Notes: a model not told the origin generated them from the sequence alone. A stretch of DNA of 64,000 nt from Eledone cirrhosa (GCA_964016885.1 OZ024740.1:167400001-167464000); one strand, 5' to 3'; numbered from the stretch's first letter, positions 11,356-24,334 are shown. Program-made: numbers and translations.

Positions 11356-12627
11356 GGGTGGGGCATAATTCCTGTTACAAAGTTTTATATCAATTTTAAA
11401 ATACATTATGTTTATAATATAACTAATATATTTGTATCAAATCCATGCACTATAACCATATTAACTATTTTTCAGAACATTACTCCATTAACAATTTGCA
11501 ATGTTCATAGAATTGAAAAGAAAGTTCATAATAGCATGAAAAAGGCCTGACTCCACCCGGGATATTTAAAATGTGGAAAACTCTTAAGATCAATAGAATG
11601 TTGATCAAAAGAACAATCGATCGATTTAAGGAAACTTCCTCGACCAAAGACAGACCACAATCCGGACGCCCTCACACCTCAAGAACACCAAAACTGGTTA
11701 AAAGTGTGAGGGAAAAAATAAGGCGTAATCCAAGAAGGTCCATGAGAAAAATGGCAAACATCGCCGAGAACTATGTAGAGGATATGTCAAGATGATCTAG
11801 GAATGTCACCCTATAAGTTCCAAAAGAGGCAGCTTCTTTCTGCAGCCACAATTGAAAAGAGGCTCTCCAGAAGTTAACTGCTATTGAACCGTATCAAGGA
11901 TGGCACGCTGCAAAACATCATCTTTACAGATGAGAAGTTATTCACTGTCCAGCAATCTCACAATCACCAAATTGAGCGAGTACTTGCTAAAAGTCTCAAA
12001 TCAATTCCATCAAGTGTAGGAAAAGTGTTCAGAATACAGAAACCAGCATCAGTGATGGTTTGGGCAACCATTTCTGAAGGAGGGAAGTCTCCTCTGATTG
12101 TTGTGCCTCAAGGAGTTAAAATTAACAAAGAACTTTGCATAACGGATATTTTGGAAGGAGCACTAATGCTATGGTGCACATCTGTTTATGGCGATGGCAT
12201 TTGGACTCTCCAACAAGATGGAGCGACGAGCCACACTGCTCGCATAACACAACAGTGGTGTAGAGACCATTGTCCTGCATGGATCAGTAAGGAAGAGTGG
12301 CCTCCCTCATCACCAGGTCTCAACCCTCTCGATTTTTCTTTAGAGTCAATTCTTTAGAGTGAAGCCCGCTCTACTCCTAGCCACAATATTGAAACTCTAA
12401 AATCAAAACTGAAAAAAGTATTGGAGAAAATACCCATGGAAACTGTTTGTGCAGCCATCGAAGACTTACCTAGAAGACTTCGAGCAGTAGTGAGAGCTAG
12501 ACGAAAGCATTTCGAATAATTTTTTAAGTATATTACTTACTATTTGTTGAAGTCAGATTTTGAAATTTATGTTTCTTTCAAGAACTATTTGCATTTTATT
12601 TTGTAACAGTTTTTATGCCCCACCCTG
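11354..12627 (+). mobile_element. maT (DD37D) Tc1/mariner-superfamily transposon, near full length, frameshifted
   Basis: TIRs gggtggggcataattcctgttacaa and ttgtaacagtttttatgccccaccctg in TA tracts; DRPQSGRP, FTDEKLF, QQDGATSH...SPGLNPLD with 37 residues between the 2nd and 3rd D. Confidence 0.93.
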
Positions 12628-12783
<156 letters not shown>

Positions 12784-13236
12784 GCATGCAAAAGTGTAAA
12801 AGATATATAGAGAGATACGGTGAATAACATAAAGACGTTAACTGCAATAGGAAAGTGTCAGTAACTACGAAGTATTAGCTCGGTCGTTATATGTAAAAAT
12901 ACATGAATCGCAAACATCTACTCCCTATATATATGTTAGATTCCAAGGACAATCAGTGAACAGAAGTTGCTGCTTGAATCCTATACTGTTGCATGGTAAA
13001 GGGTATTTGGATTGCAACAAATTCAATAGTGAACTTCGTACAACGAATAAACCAAATATACAAGTCGATTGACAATAGTTGTGCAAACATGGGTCTTGTG
13101 CTAATATTTTCCGTGTACGTCCTGTTTATTGGGCCAAGTAATTACTTAACAAAAGATTAATAACGATTAATGTTTTTTCCGATATTTTATATATATGCAT
13201 ATCTTCGCACGCACGCTCAGCCCTCAGCCCTCAGAC

Positions 13237-13373
<137 letters not shown>

Positions 13374-13961
13374 GATGTACGTATGTATTATTGTAGATTT
13401 ACAAAAAATGTATTGGATATTATACAGCGAACGAATGGTATCCATATATTTACATATGATATACAAATGTGTTTTGGAGATTGTATTAAATATGTGCATG
13501 TGAATTTGAGTATGAATGTGTATGTACTTTTATGCGAGCACACTAGTAATACCACGTGCTTCAAATTCATTGCAAATGCACACAAGCAAATGGCAATCAC
13601 ATCAACACGTAAACACAATATCACATGAAATTTCACATCCACTTACTGTAAATTTCGAAAACCAAACATTCTTCATTCCAGAACGTAAATCTATAGATAT
13701 GCTTGATTAGGATTTCTACTTTTCCAGTAATTCGATTTGCCAACAGAGTTCTTTATCGCTGGCTTCTATAATTATAGCAAGTGCTTTACATACGTTACGC
13801 TTCAGCTATTCTATTTTATTCAATTTATTAAGTATTTCAAAATAGCTATCATTTACATAGTGAAGAGTAAATTATGGCTTTACACATCTTTCATATTACA
13901 TGATGTAATGCAATTACATCTTATTTACTTGTTTCATGTATATTCAAAGCATGTGCGGTAA

Positions 13962-14028
<67 letters not shown>

Positions 14029-14077
14029 TATATATAGATATGCATATATATATATATGTATATATATATATGTGTGT

Positions 14078-14118
<41 letters not shown>

Positions 14119-14384
14119 CGTATGTGTATCAAGTATCAATAATATTGAGAAAGATGTCGATAGATGGACATATATATAGATAGAGAGGGAAACAGACAGA
14201 TAGAGAGAGCTGTATATGTATGCTTGTATATGTAAATTGTTATATCCATACATAATAGTTTTTATGGTCCCCTAGATACTCATCTATAATCTAATGTACA
14301 TATATTTTAATACATATATATATACATTTATATCTGTGTGTCTGTGTGTGTATGTATGTGTATATGCGTGAGTAAGGGTGTATG

Positions 14385-14597
14385 TAGCCGATCTCTTGGA
14401 CTTAAAGGGCTGAGAATATAAAGTTAGTATAAAGAATAATGATCTCATGGGCAGAGATGTTATAAAATATCTTATAATATGGGATGAAAATCCTTAAACG
14501 TTTGGAAAGGAAGTTGCCATCGGACGCTGAGAGGTATCCAAACTCATATCTTACAGATACTAGTTAAGCACTTTCAACTATTTATCCAAGGGACCAT
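14385..14597 (-). mobile_element. tRNA-derived SINE family 2, old copy
   Basis: Colinear with 14689-14908 (tagccgatctct...cttaaag.gctgagaa); head ggtcccttgg on the minus strand. Confidence 0.6.
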
Positions 14598-14688
14598 ACA
14601 AATCTTACCGTCTTAAATTAGATAGTTCAATCACAGTTTTCAGATGTCGACAATCACTGTATATAAACAAAGAAATATTGTCTATACG

Positions 14689-14908
14689 TAGCCGATCTCT
14701 CGTTCACTTAAAGCGCTGAGAAGGTAAATATAATATAAAGAACGATGTGCCCCCTTTGTGGAGATGCTATGAATTAGCTTATCAAGGGGATTGAAGACAC
14801 TTAAAAGAAGAAAAAAAAGAAGTTGGCACCAACGGCTGTGTGGAATCGAACCACATATCTCACCGATACAGGCTAGGCGCTTTTAACCATAAAGCCAATA
14901 TCGGTTCC
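14689..14908 (-). mobile_element. tRNA-derived SINE family 2
   Basis: Minus strand tggctttatggttaaaagcgcctagc...ggttcgattccac gives tRNA A and B boxes. Confidence 0.7.
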
Positions 14909-15000
14909 CTATACACAATGTTTCGATTTTACATACGGTGAATCTCGACAACTGAAAGCTGTGTGGCAGCTATCTACTTTAAGACAGTAATATCTGCCAT

Positions 15001-15165
15001 GGTCCCTTGGCTTAATGGTTAAAAGAGCCTAGCCAATAGCTAGTATATATAGGTTTCAAATCCTCAAAAAGGCTGATGACAACTTCTACCGTTTTAATGG
15101 GTTTCACCCGGCTTTATAAGCTATTCTATAGTATCTTCGCGTTTAATCACATCATTCCTAATATT
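15001..15165 (+). mobile_element. tRNA-derived SINE family 2
   Basis: ggtcccttggcttaatggttaaaagagcctagcc...ggtttcaaatcc; inverted relative to the previous copy. Confidence 0.6.
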
Positions 15166-16717
15166 AAATATATATATAAAGAGAGAGGGAGAGAGATGGG
15201 CACATGAATATGTTTGTGTGTATAAATGAAGAAAGGGTTGAACACAGTGTATGCGGCACTAAGAAAGAGAAAACTTTAGCTTATCCTATGTAGCGTAATA
15301 TTTATCTAGACCTTTGTATGAGTGCGTTTTTTCACCGTGCCATGCGTCAGACAAACGGATAATTTATAAGTTTCAAAAAATTGAAGATGGGGTCTTCTCT
15401 GAAGAAAACAGGGGATGGGGTCCTAATACAATTTAACGAGATACTGTAAGTGATTTTGTTTATAGATTTGTTTATAGTGTAGTAATAGCAGCTATTTTAT
15501 TTTGTGTTGTGAAGGCGTGGGAGAAGTTGACAGATTTGATGGTTTGTTTAGTGAATGGATATTTAGGAAACAATGTAGCATGGTCAAGTATTGAAAATAT
15601 AAGCCGTTAATGAGCCGTAGAAGAACATCTGACACTGGAAGGGTAAAATAGTTGGTAGTCAGATCTAATTGCTTTAGTAGTCGATTAAATGTGAGTGGAT
15701 GAGAGAATACAAAAACAGATGAAAATGAATAAATGTTTCTAATTGTGAATAACTAAAAGTAATGGAGTAGAACTGTAGAGATTCGTTTTCGTTGGAATTA
15801 TCTACGATTTACTTAGTAAAAATTACTTTTGTGTGTTTATTAGTATGGGACTGTTAGGTTAGGAATGTAGATGTGCGTACGCATATGTAACAGTTGATTG
15901 CACATGGGAATTGTGGTATGAAATTACTGTATATTTTTCGTGGTAAATATGATTGCACATATATATAATCAAATATATACACACAAACACATACATATAT
16001 ACATAAATGCACGCACCCTCCTCCCATATATATGCGTGTGTCTGTGTGTCAGTGTGTCTGTGTGTCAGTGCGTGCATGTGTATGTAATACTTAAGCAAAT
16101 TGAAGAGGCACTGCTAAATCACGATTAGACACGTCAGTGAATTACCAGTTATTAGGGTATTCACTCTATCGAAAATGATGGATTACGGAACTGATATTTT
16201 GTTAAGTCCTTTATAATATCGTATTTGTATTAAAGTGTGAGAGTTAATATGAATTTTCCCAAACAAAATAATGAAATGTTGGCATTATAAACTATTGAAT
16301 GAAATTATCAATCATCCATGAATAATCACTGGTATATTCCATAATTTCAAGATAAATCCTAGAAAACTTCTTTAATCAACTACTGTTGATTGCATAACTA
16401 GAAACTTAATGATAAATTTGCTCATGACTTTTAAACAAAAGGATCTCAACTAGGTGTTCGTCAATTTGAACCCAGAATAAAGCAAACTAAATTATAGAGT
16501 TGCAGGATCTAATATTCTTAAAATTGGAATAATAAAACGACTTGTTTGACTTTTACAAGTTATCCCGAAAATTCTGTTTTAGAACAATTTGTTATGTTTT
16601 TTTTTTTTATTTCCAAAAGAATTTTTTATTAAATTTCTAAAAATTATTGTTCTACAAATCTGACATATTACGTTAAATTCTTCACTAGAGTGATTGTAAA
16701 TTGGGAGTAAAAATAAT

Positions 16718-16883
16718 GGGTTCTGATTTAAGCACAAAACCAACAATTTTGGGTGAGGGGAAAGTTGATTTGATTGAACCCAGTGCGTTACTGATACTTT
16801 ATATCCTCGACCCAATCCCCGGCTGAATCTCATGCTGCAAAGCTTGGCGTCCGACCTTCTAACGATACTGCCAATCCACCGCC
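16718..16883 (-). mobile_element. SINE family 1 (long-tail subfamily, internally deleted)
   Basis: Reverse complement of head ggcggtggattggcagtatcg; tail carries the caactttcccctcaccc insert. Confidence 0.8.
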
Positions 16884-16981
16884 AATCCACATTTCATGTA
16901 TGATGTTGCTCCAGCTTCACCTTTAAATAAATAATGTTTATTTTATAGTAAAAATATTGTCCGTTATTATAGGAAGTATAA

Positions 16982-17157
16982 CGGTGGATTGGCAGTATCG
17001 ATAGAGGGTCGATGCGATACTTTGCAGTTACGGCCCTTCATTATCTGAGTTCAAATCCCGCCGAGGTTAACTTTGCCTTTCATCCTTACGGCGTCGTTAA
17101 AATAGAGTACCAGTAATACACTGGAATAATTGCTGGCCTTGTGCAAATGTAGAAACA
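16982..17157 (+). mobile_element. SINE family 1
   Basis: Near-consensus; TSD gttattataggaa(g/a)tata at 16963-16980 and 17158-17175. Confidence 0.92.
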
Positions 17158-17304
17158 GTTATTATAGGAAATATATGTAACCAGTCACCACACTCAGGGT
17201 AAGTTTTCCCTCATTTTTTCAACTTATATTTATGTTGTGGAATATGAGGTCTTGAGAATCATGATGGATTAAAATGGTTTATATCTTGTTGAAAATTTAA
17301 TGTT

Positions 17305-19015
17305 AATACAAGTAACATTTTTTTTTTTTCAATTAATAGTTGTCCTTGAGAATTTTGTAAGTTATACAATATAACATATTTTCTGATCCCCGGTTCTAAG
17401 TATGATTTCCTGGTTTGTTATATCCCATTATTATTAAAAGAAACACTATTATTTAATCAGAAGTTTTGGTTTGTGGTCAGGAGTTTGATATTTCGAAATT
17501 TTCATATTTTTCAAGAAAAAACACAATTCTTTTAAATTTATCAGTTCATGTAATTAAATCAACAGAGAATATATTTATTTTATTACACAAGCTTATCCAA
17601 AGCAAACAAATAACACTTATAAAGCAACTTATACACGTCAGAAATGACTGGATTTCCTGGTTGTAGTCAAGGTCGCATTCCCGCACTAGCCCCCCAGATA
17701 TAGTCCCCCATCATTTTTTCATTGTAGTGGCCCTGGTACCTCCGCTCTATCTCTTTCACATGTTGGTGGAATCGTTCGCCTTGTTATTCTGAGTAGGCGC
17801 CCATATTGTCCTTGAATTTTTCCAGGTGAGCGTCCAGCATATGGAGTTTAAGCGACATCCTGCATCCCATGGCACCAAAAGCCCTTAACAACTGCCTTGA
17901 AACAGTTCCAATCTGTTCTCTCAATCCTATTGAGCTTATTGGAGAACTCGGTAGACTCAAATACCTTCTTTATCTGAGGTCCAACAAAAATTCCACCTTT
18001 GATTTTGGCCTCAGATAACTTGGGGAAGAACTCAAGGTACTTAAAAGCGTCTGATTCTTGGTTGAGAGCCTTCACAAAATGCTTCATCAACCCCAACTTA
18101 ATGTGCAGTGGCAGCATGAGCACAATCCTGGGATCAACCAGTGGCTCCCACATGACCTTCCGGGTCCCAACTACAAATTCTGTTCGCTGCTCCCAGTTCT
18201 TTCTTGTGTAGTGGTCAGGAGTGGCTCTGCTGTCCCAAAAGCAGAGGAAGCATTAGAATTTGATAAAGCCTCCTTGGAGTCCAAGCAGGAAAGCCACCAT
18301 CTTAAAGTTTCCAATGATTTCCCAATTGTACTTGTTGTATTGCAGAGATTCCAAGAGGACTTTCACACTCTAGTAATCTTCCTTCAGGCAGACTGAATGA
18401 GCAAGGGGCAGTGTCGGGAACTTGTTTGCATTGTGGAGGAGGACAGCCTTCAAACTTGTGGTGGAGCTGTCTTTAAATAGCCGCCATTCCTTGGGCACAA
18501 ACGGCACCCAATAACGTCAAACAGTCCAGGCACGTCATGGCAGAAGCAGAGGCCATCCCTAAGAGTGTAAAAGCCTGAGAAAGGTTCGTGTCGACTCCTC
18601 TGACTTATCACCTGCACTTCTTCCTTGACCAAGTTCCTCTGCTTCATCCTGGAGACTTAAAACACAACTTACCCTTTGTTCAGGGTGCGAAAATCCAGTA
18701 TCAATAAATCTCTTTAATCCACTTTTTAACAATTTTATACTTTTTTGCACTTTTATCATTTTCTTTAGGTATTACTCTTTATTTTATAATTTTAATTTAA
18801 CCTGAAACATATATAAAACAAATATATTTAACATAAGCAAATTAAACTTACATACAACGTAAAATCCAGCATACAAATAATTCAAGCTTAGAATTTTTAT
18901 AAACCCAAACTTTTAACTGTTTAATAGCACTTTCTATTTTATTTGGGACCTAAGCAACACAAATAAAGTGATTACAAGCCAGGAATAGAGAACAATTTTT
19001 TTTTGTTACACGGTG
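17305..19015 (-). mobile_element. Chapaev3-like (CMC) DNA transposon with decayed transposase
   Basis: LPLHIKLGLMKHFVKAL, FPKLSEAKIKGGIFVGPQIK, HMLDAHLEKFKDNMGAYSE-QGERFHQ, ERRYQG...MMGDYIW at about 17650-18660; terminus caccgtgtaacaaaa at 19015. The left end is approximate and the family name is from recalled motifs. Confidence 0.78.
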
Positions 19016-19211
19016 TTATTAAACAACTTCTTTTCTTATCTACAGACAAATACTATCAGTCCCACATGCGTTTCTCGTTTTAATTATCTCTACTCAAATA
19101 ATCTAACCCCACTCATTTTAGATCATTCTATATTTACATCATTCTTACATTTATCTCTTCCTATCTATTGTTCTTCAGAGAAAGCATGTGTTTATTAGTT
19201 CGGAAATTAAT

Positions 19212-19440
19212 TAACTTAACTTTTATTTTGGTTCTTCTTCTTCTTCTTCTTCTTCTTCTTCTTCTTCTTCTTCTTCTTCTTCTTCTTCTTCCTCTCCTCC
19301 TTCTCCTCCTCCGCCTCCTCCTCCGCCTCCTCCGCCTCCTCCTCCTTCTCCTCCTTCTCCTCCTCACCCTCCTCCTCATTCTTCTTCTTCTTCTTCTTCT
19401 TCTTCTTCTTCTTCTTCTTCTTCTTCTTCTTCTTCTTCCT
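19212..19440. repeat. (TTC)n/(CCT)n compound microsatellite
   Basis: Seen directly; source of the poly-R and poly-L ORFs. Confidence 0.97.
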
Positions 19441-20039
19441 CGTCTCTCATTGTTTTTAAGTTTAGATCTTATTCATTAGTTACTGGAATCTTATTAGCAT
19501 TGTCATATGAAGCAATTCTAGCTATACGTACTGGAGTGTTGGTATGGAATTTCAAATATTTCATTATCTGTAGCTGACAGTGATGTATACTCTGATATAT
19601 TAACCTTAATACTTCTTATAAGTGTTGTTGTGTAGAGGTAATCTAGAAAACGAGAATTTGGACAAGTTGCAATTCTCGCTCAGTTTATATTCTCAACTAA
19701 TAGTTTTGGAATGCCATTAAATGTAACGTCTGTCTAGCTTGCTGTGGCATTAAAAACACTGAAGTATAATAAATACTAAAACAACTATATTCGATAACAT
19801 GGTGACATTACAACTTCATCAGACTGATCTATCATTCAACACACTATCAACGTTTAATTTAGCAAACTCTGAGCAAAATAACAAGCTAATGGGCTTTATA
19901 CTTCGCTAATTATATTCCGAAAACCATATCATTTGGATGGTGACTACCGAATTTAAAATAGCTAATCGTAGTGTCTAATAGAATATACTCAGAAATATAT
20001 GATGCTCCTCATTGTGATCAATGTTCAATACTATCCATT

Positions 20040-20252
20040 GATTGGCAGTATCGGTAGAGGGTTGGACGCCATGCTTTGCAGCATAGAGTTACGTCTCTTT
20101 ATGATCTCAGTTCAAATCCCACCGAGGTTAACTTTGCCTTTCATCCTTATGGGGTCGATAAAATAAAGTACCAGTCATGGACTGGGGTCGATTTAATCGA
20201 CTTTCCCCTCCCCCCAAATTACTGGTCTTGGGCCTATATAAGAAACCATTAT
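20040..20252 (+). mobile_element. SINE family 1, long-tail subfamily
   Basis: Consensus head and core plus extra ggggtcgatttaatcgactttcccctccccc segment. Confidence 0.9.
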
Positions 20253-21505
20253 TAATGTAAAACATGTTGCAATGAATAGGATGCCACAGTTTAGAAAAGA
20301 AAAGCTCTATACAAATAGAACGTGAAATTGATAGTAGATTTTGATCTCGTAGATTAAGCCTGGATCAACATTGTCTTAGACTACGCAATCAATATATCGA
20401 ATCACAAATTATGTGTTATATATATATTCCTGTTAGATATTCCCATGCACTTGATTCTCTTGGTACTACCTCCTACTGTAATTAATACTGATTAACTTCA
20501 GATCAAAGCTCATCAAAGGCAACTTTTGTTTGTGAAACTCTTGCCAAGAGTATCAAATCTAATTTTCAAGTCTCAAGGATAATATTACCTAAAATGTATT
20601 TAGCTACTATCGCTAACAATTTCAGTGACCACATAGAGGATTCCGTGTTGGTATTTGTTTTTTACTCACAGAGATTTTATTTTATTTTTATATCATTTTT
20701 TTCATTTACATTCTATTAAGCTTTATTCATATAGTCTTTTTCACCGTTGATTTTATTTTGTTTTTCTCATATCTGTATTGTGTTTCAAACTCTACACCTA
20801 ACGTAACACATTTACTCCTTCAATATTTCTATCCTGTGTTATTGTGTGCTATTTACCACCTTCTTCCGTTGAACAAACTTTCATCACTGCACTAATATCA
20901 AACCGATATAGCACTCTGGCCATCAACCCAGCTGTCAAAGTACTTGTATTCATTTAATTGTCTTCATATTGTGTCAAAAACAGCAGCTTCAAACTAACAT
21001 AAATCATTGGTGCTGACAAAATTGCATTTGACATCTCGCTCTCTCACTCAACCCATTCTATCATTTTCTCATTTATCTTATTTCTAAATTTCAAGTTATT
21101 CCAATTTTCCAAATGTTGATGGATCCATTGTTTTAAGTAACTTTACTGTAACTAGGTCGAAATGCTTCTGATCATTTACATAATTTCAATCATACTCTAC
21201 CGAACACATTTACACTTAAGAACATCTAAAAACACATATACATATATGCATACACAGACACACATATGGATACGTACATATATACGTATATATAGATAGA
21301 TATATATATACTTAAAGATTCACAAACCTGCTAACATCTGTATATATATATATTTATATATATATATATATATATATATAATGCACAAATACGCACACAA
21401 ATGCACCACACACACACATATAATATACATACATATATATATATATATATGTATATATATACATAATTATATATATATATATATGTATATTTATACATAT
21501 ATATG

Positions 21506-21625
<120 letters not shown>

Positions 21626-21639
21626 CATATATATATATT

Positions 21640-21835
21640 TAAGACTAGAAGGAAAAGAATGACTTCACATGTAGTTCTAAACAATTTAATTTAATTTTAT
21701 AATATTATAATTTTACAATTTGGCTTTGTAGATCTAGTAATTTCTCTGGAGAACTTTCGCATTCGTCGCTGGCGATTGCCAAATTGATCTCAGGTTGTGT
21801 TGGGGTGTATGACACTATATATAAGTGATTTGTGT
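21640..21835. repeat. (TA)n-anchored interspersed repeat, probable PLE terminal region
   Basis: Homologous to 34432-34865 (aggaaaagaatgacttcac.tgtagt, gtagatc.agtaa, ggagaacttt..cgcattc, ggcgattg.caaa). Confidence 0.6.
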
Positions 21836-22477
21836 GTGTAAGGGTGGGGGGTTAATGTGTGTGGGAGTGAAGGAGTGTTGAAGATTTAAAGGAATTGTAG
21901 CATATATATTTACAGAAAATAGTGAATGGTAAGAGCAAAATAATTGATTGGGAGTGGAGTTTGAGGTGTTGGGTGTTTAAGGATTGATTTAGAAAGTCTT
22001 GTAAAATGTCCTCCTGCTGGTTCTATTTCAATAGACGACCTTTCATGAATAAAATATAACAGCCAGATGTTTTTCAAATTCTTTTCTTATAGCTGAATCT
22101 ACTATCTTAAATTTATATAGAATAACATCAACGTTTTTCTATATTAAAGATGAAATTGGGTGGAGGTGAGACCGTTAATGAGGTGTAACATACATGTCTT
22201 TTGATAAAAATAGGATGACAGCAAAGAGAAAAATAAGGTTAGTTTTGGAATACGGGTTGATAGAAATGTATGTTGTTGATATTGGTTTGAGAGGGGGTGG
22301 GGATCATGCTAGCTCACATATTTACTTCGCTACTTTTAAACACACATATAAACATATACATATTCTCGTTCATACATACCCATATATTTACACATGTACA
22401 TGTGCTCACACATGTATACTTACATATATATATATATATATAAACATACACACATAATATATATATGAACAATAATG

Positions 22478-22999
22478 AGGGGCTCTTTCTACTGACATGA
22501 CTTTGAAAATGAAGCTGGTTTGCATAATTGCAAACGAATCAAATATTATTAATATTCGAAAAACTCAGATTACATTTATTGTATTCAGCCATGTAGAGGG
22601 AAAAATATTTTTTATTTGAATATGGCAAAGCCGGCCATTGATCGCTCGTATACAAGAGACTTACTGGCCAGTCTGTTTTTATGCAAATATGGCTGCTAAT
22701 ATACAAATCTGACTGATCAGCCAGTCTGCTAATATGCAAATCAGGCCGATCAGTCACTGTGTATTTTAGAAAATATATATTTTTACTAGCACGGACAGTT
22801 GGCAGGTGAACAGTGAACTGTGCTGATGAAGGGTAATACCCAGAAACATTAGTCACTGCAGTTCTGTTTGCATGCCAACACAAGAGCAAGAACGAAGGGC
22901 TCATTCTAATGACATGGCTTTAAAAATGAGGCTTGTTGCATAATTACAGACGAATCGAATATTAATATTAATATTCCAAAAACTCAGATTACATTTATT
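22478..22999 (+). mobile_element. Partial-tandem element with ~100-bp direct repeats and an internal hammerhead (PLE pseudo-LTR-like)
   Basis: 22478-22580 matches 22896-22999 (tgacatg.cttt.aaaatga...aaaactcagattacatttatt); flanked by TA tracts. Confidence 0.7.
22815..22864 (+). ncRNA. Type I hammerhead ribozyme-like motif
   Basis: gaactgtg CTGATGA a-gggt-aat-accc-a GAAA c-atta-g TC actgcagttc; canonical core, imperfect proximal stem I. Confidence 0.72.
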
Positions 23000-23849
23000 A
23001 TATATATATATATATTTATATATACATGCACATATACATATACATATCCACTCATATATCTGTATATATACAAATCTACTCACGTATTTAAATCTACATA
23101 TACATTTGGAGGGGGTATTTGTGAAATGCTAGTGTACCTCCGAGGGTTGTTCTCTTCAACGATCGATGGTTTGAAATTGTGGGTGTCATCCACCTCTATT
23201 TCTATATTTTTCTCTTTTCAATATGCAATTTAAAAAAAAAAATAAGGAGAGAAACGTGTTTTTGGAAGATTTAATATCATTTTTTTTTTTTTTTTTTCTG
23301 TCCAGTAGCGGTTTGCACTTTCTAATGAAGAATTCTTCATTATATTTCCGGAAATGTTCGTTGTTCGACCATATCTTAAAGAGGGGGAAGGCGGTGAATT
23401 CTCCCTCTCCGTCGTGGTGCTGAGAGTGGGGAGACCACTAATCATGGGAGTACTCAATGGCTGGGGAGATACAGAGTGTGTTTAGTGATAAGCAGGATCC
23501 CAACTACGGGACCAAGTGGATTCCGCTTGTGTGTTCAGCAAACCTTGAATTGAGAGATCGACTCAGTAATAAATTACACGATGTTTCACGCATAGGTAAC
23601 ACGCCACTGAGTATGAATGAAGTAAAGAATAAAGGAAAGAATGAAGCCGTAATCTTAAGATAAATACTTGAACCCAACCATATGTTGACTGGTATTACTT
23701 TCGTTTGTTCATCTAATTTTCCTAATAAATACATATGCATATAATATATATATATATATACATACAAATAAGATATAGAGTTATCAACTCACATAGATAC
23801 CCTTCAATTAACAAGCCCAAAGTATAAATACTGAGCATTATAATATTAA

Positions 23850-24316
23850 TGTGTAGAAGTAAACACAGTAAATCCTTTGTCTAAAATTACGAGGGTAGGT
23901 TACACCACAAATGTATACACATGTATTTCGGCTCCTATCTGTTGAGCTTATAAAAATGAGTGTAAATAGGCTATTATTTCTAGTATAACCACTCGCACCG
24001 CATATGACTTTCAACGCACGAGGTGTAAACTCTAGTGAGTTTCTCGTTATAGGTGTTGTGTATCATTTAATCTCATCTCTCGCTGACGAAATGCCTACGG
24101 ATTACTTGTTACAAATACGATTTATTTAGGGCGAAACAGATAAAATCTTTAGTCTGTCCGGGAGATGAAATTGTTATTGATACGGTATGTATGAGAAATC
24201 TTATAAGAAATCTTGTAACATCTCATATGATTCAGGTTAAATGATATATAACATTTGTGGTGTAATCTACCCTCGTAATTTTAGACACAGGATTTACTGT
24301 GTTTATTTCTACACAT
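23850..24316. mobile_element. Element with ~67-bp inverted ends enclosing a hammerhead (PLE with 5' inversion)
   Basis: atgtgtagaagtaaacacagtaaatcc...accacaaatgt (23850-23913) is the reverse complement of 24251-24316; ends in (TA)n. Confidence 0.75.
24073..24168 (+). ncRNA. Type I hammerhead ribozyme-like motif with long stems
   Basis: 10-bp stem I tcatctctcg/cgggagatga, CTGACGA, stem II gccta...tagggc, GAAA, stem III acaga/tctgt, GUC cleavage triplet. Confidence 0.8.
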
Positions 24317-24334
24317 ATATATATATATATATGT

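Noticed and set aside
15390-15790. Possible very old CR1/L2-like 3' remnant (also about 1300-1560 and 21900-22300)
   Set aside because: Too degenerate for me to recover a convincing motif by eye.
21745-21790. Hammerhead on the minus strand of the 21.6/34.4 kb family
   Set aside because: Only a composite of the two copies gives a core; neither copy alone folds convincingly.
23580-23595. Pax-like TTCACGCAT site (similar sequence near 4075-4095)
   Set aside because: Short partial matches are expected by chance in 64 kb.
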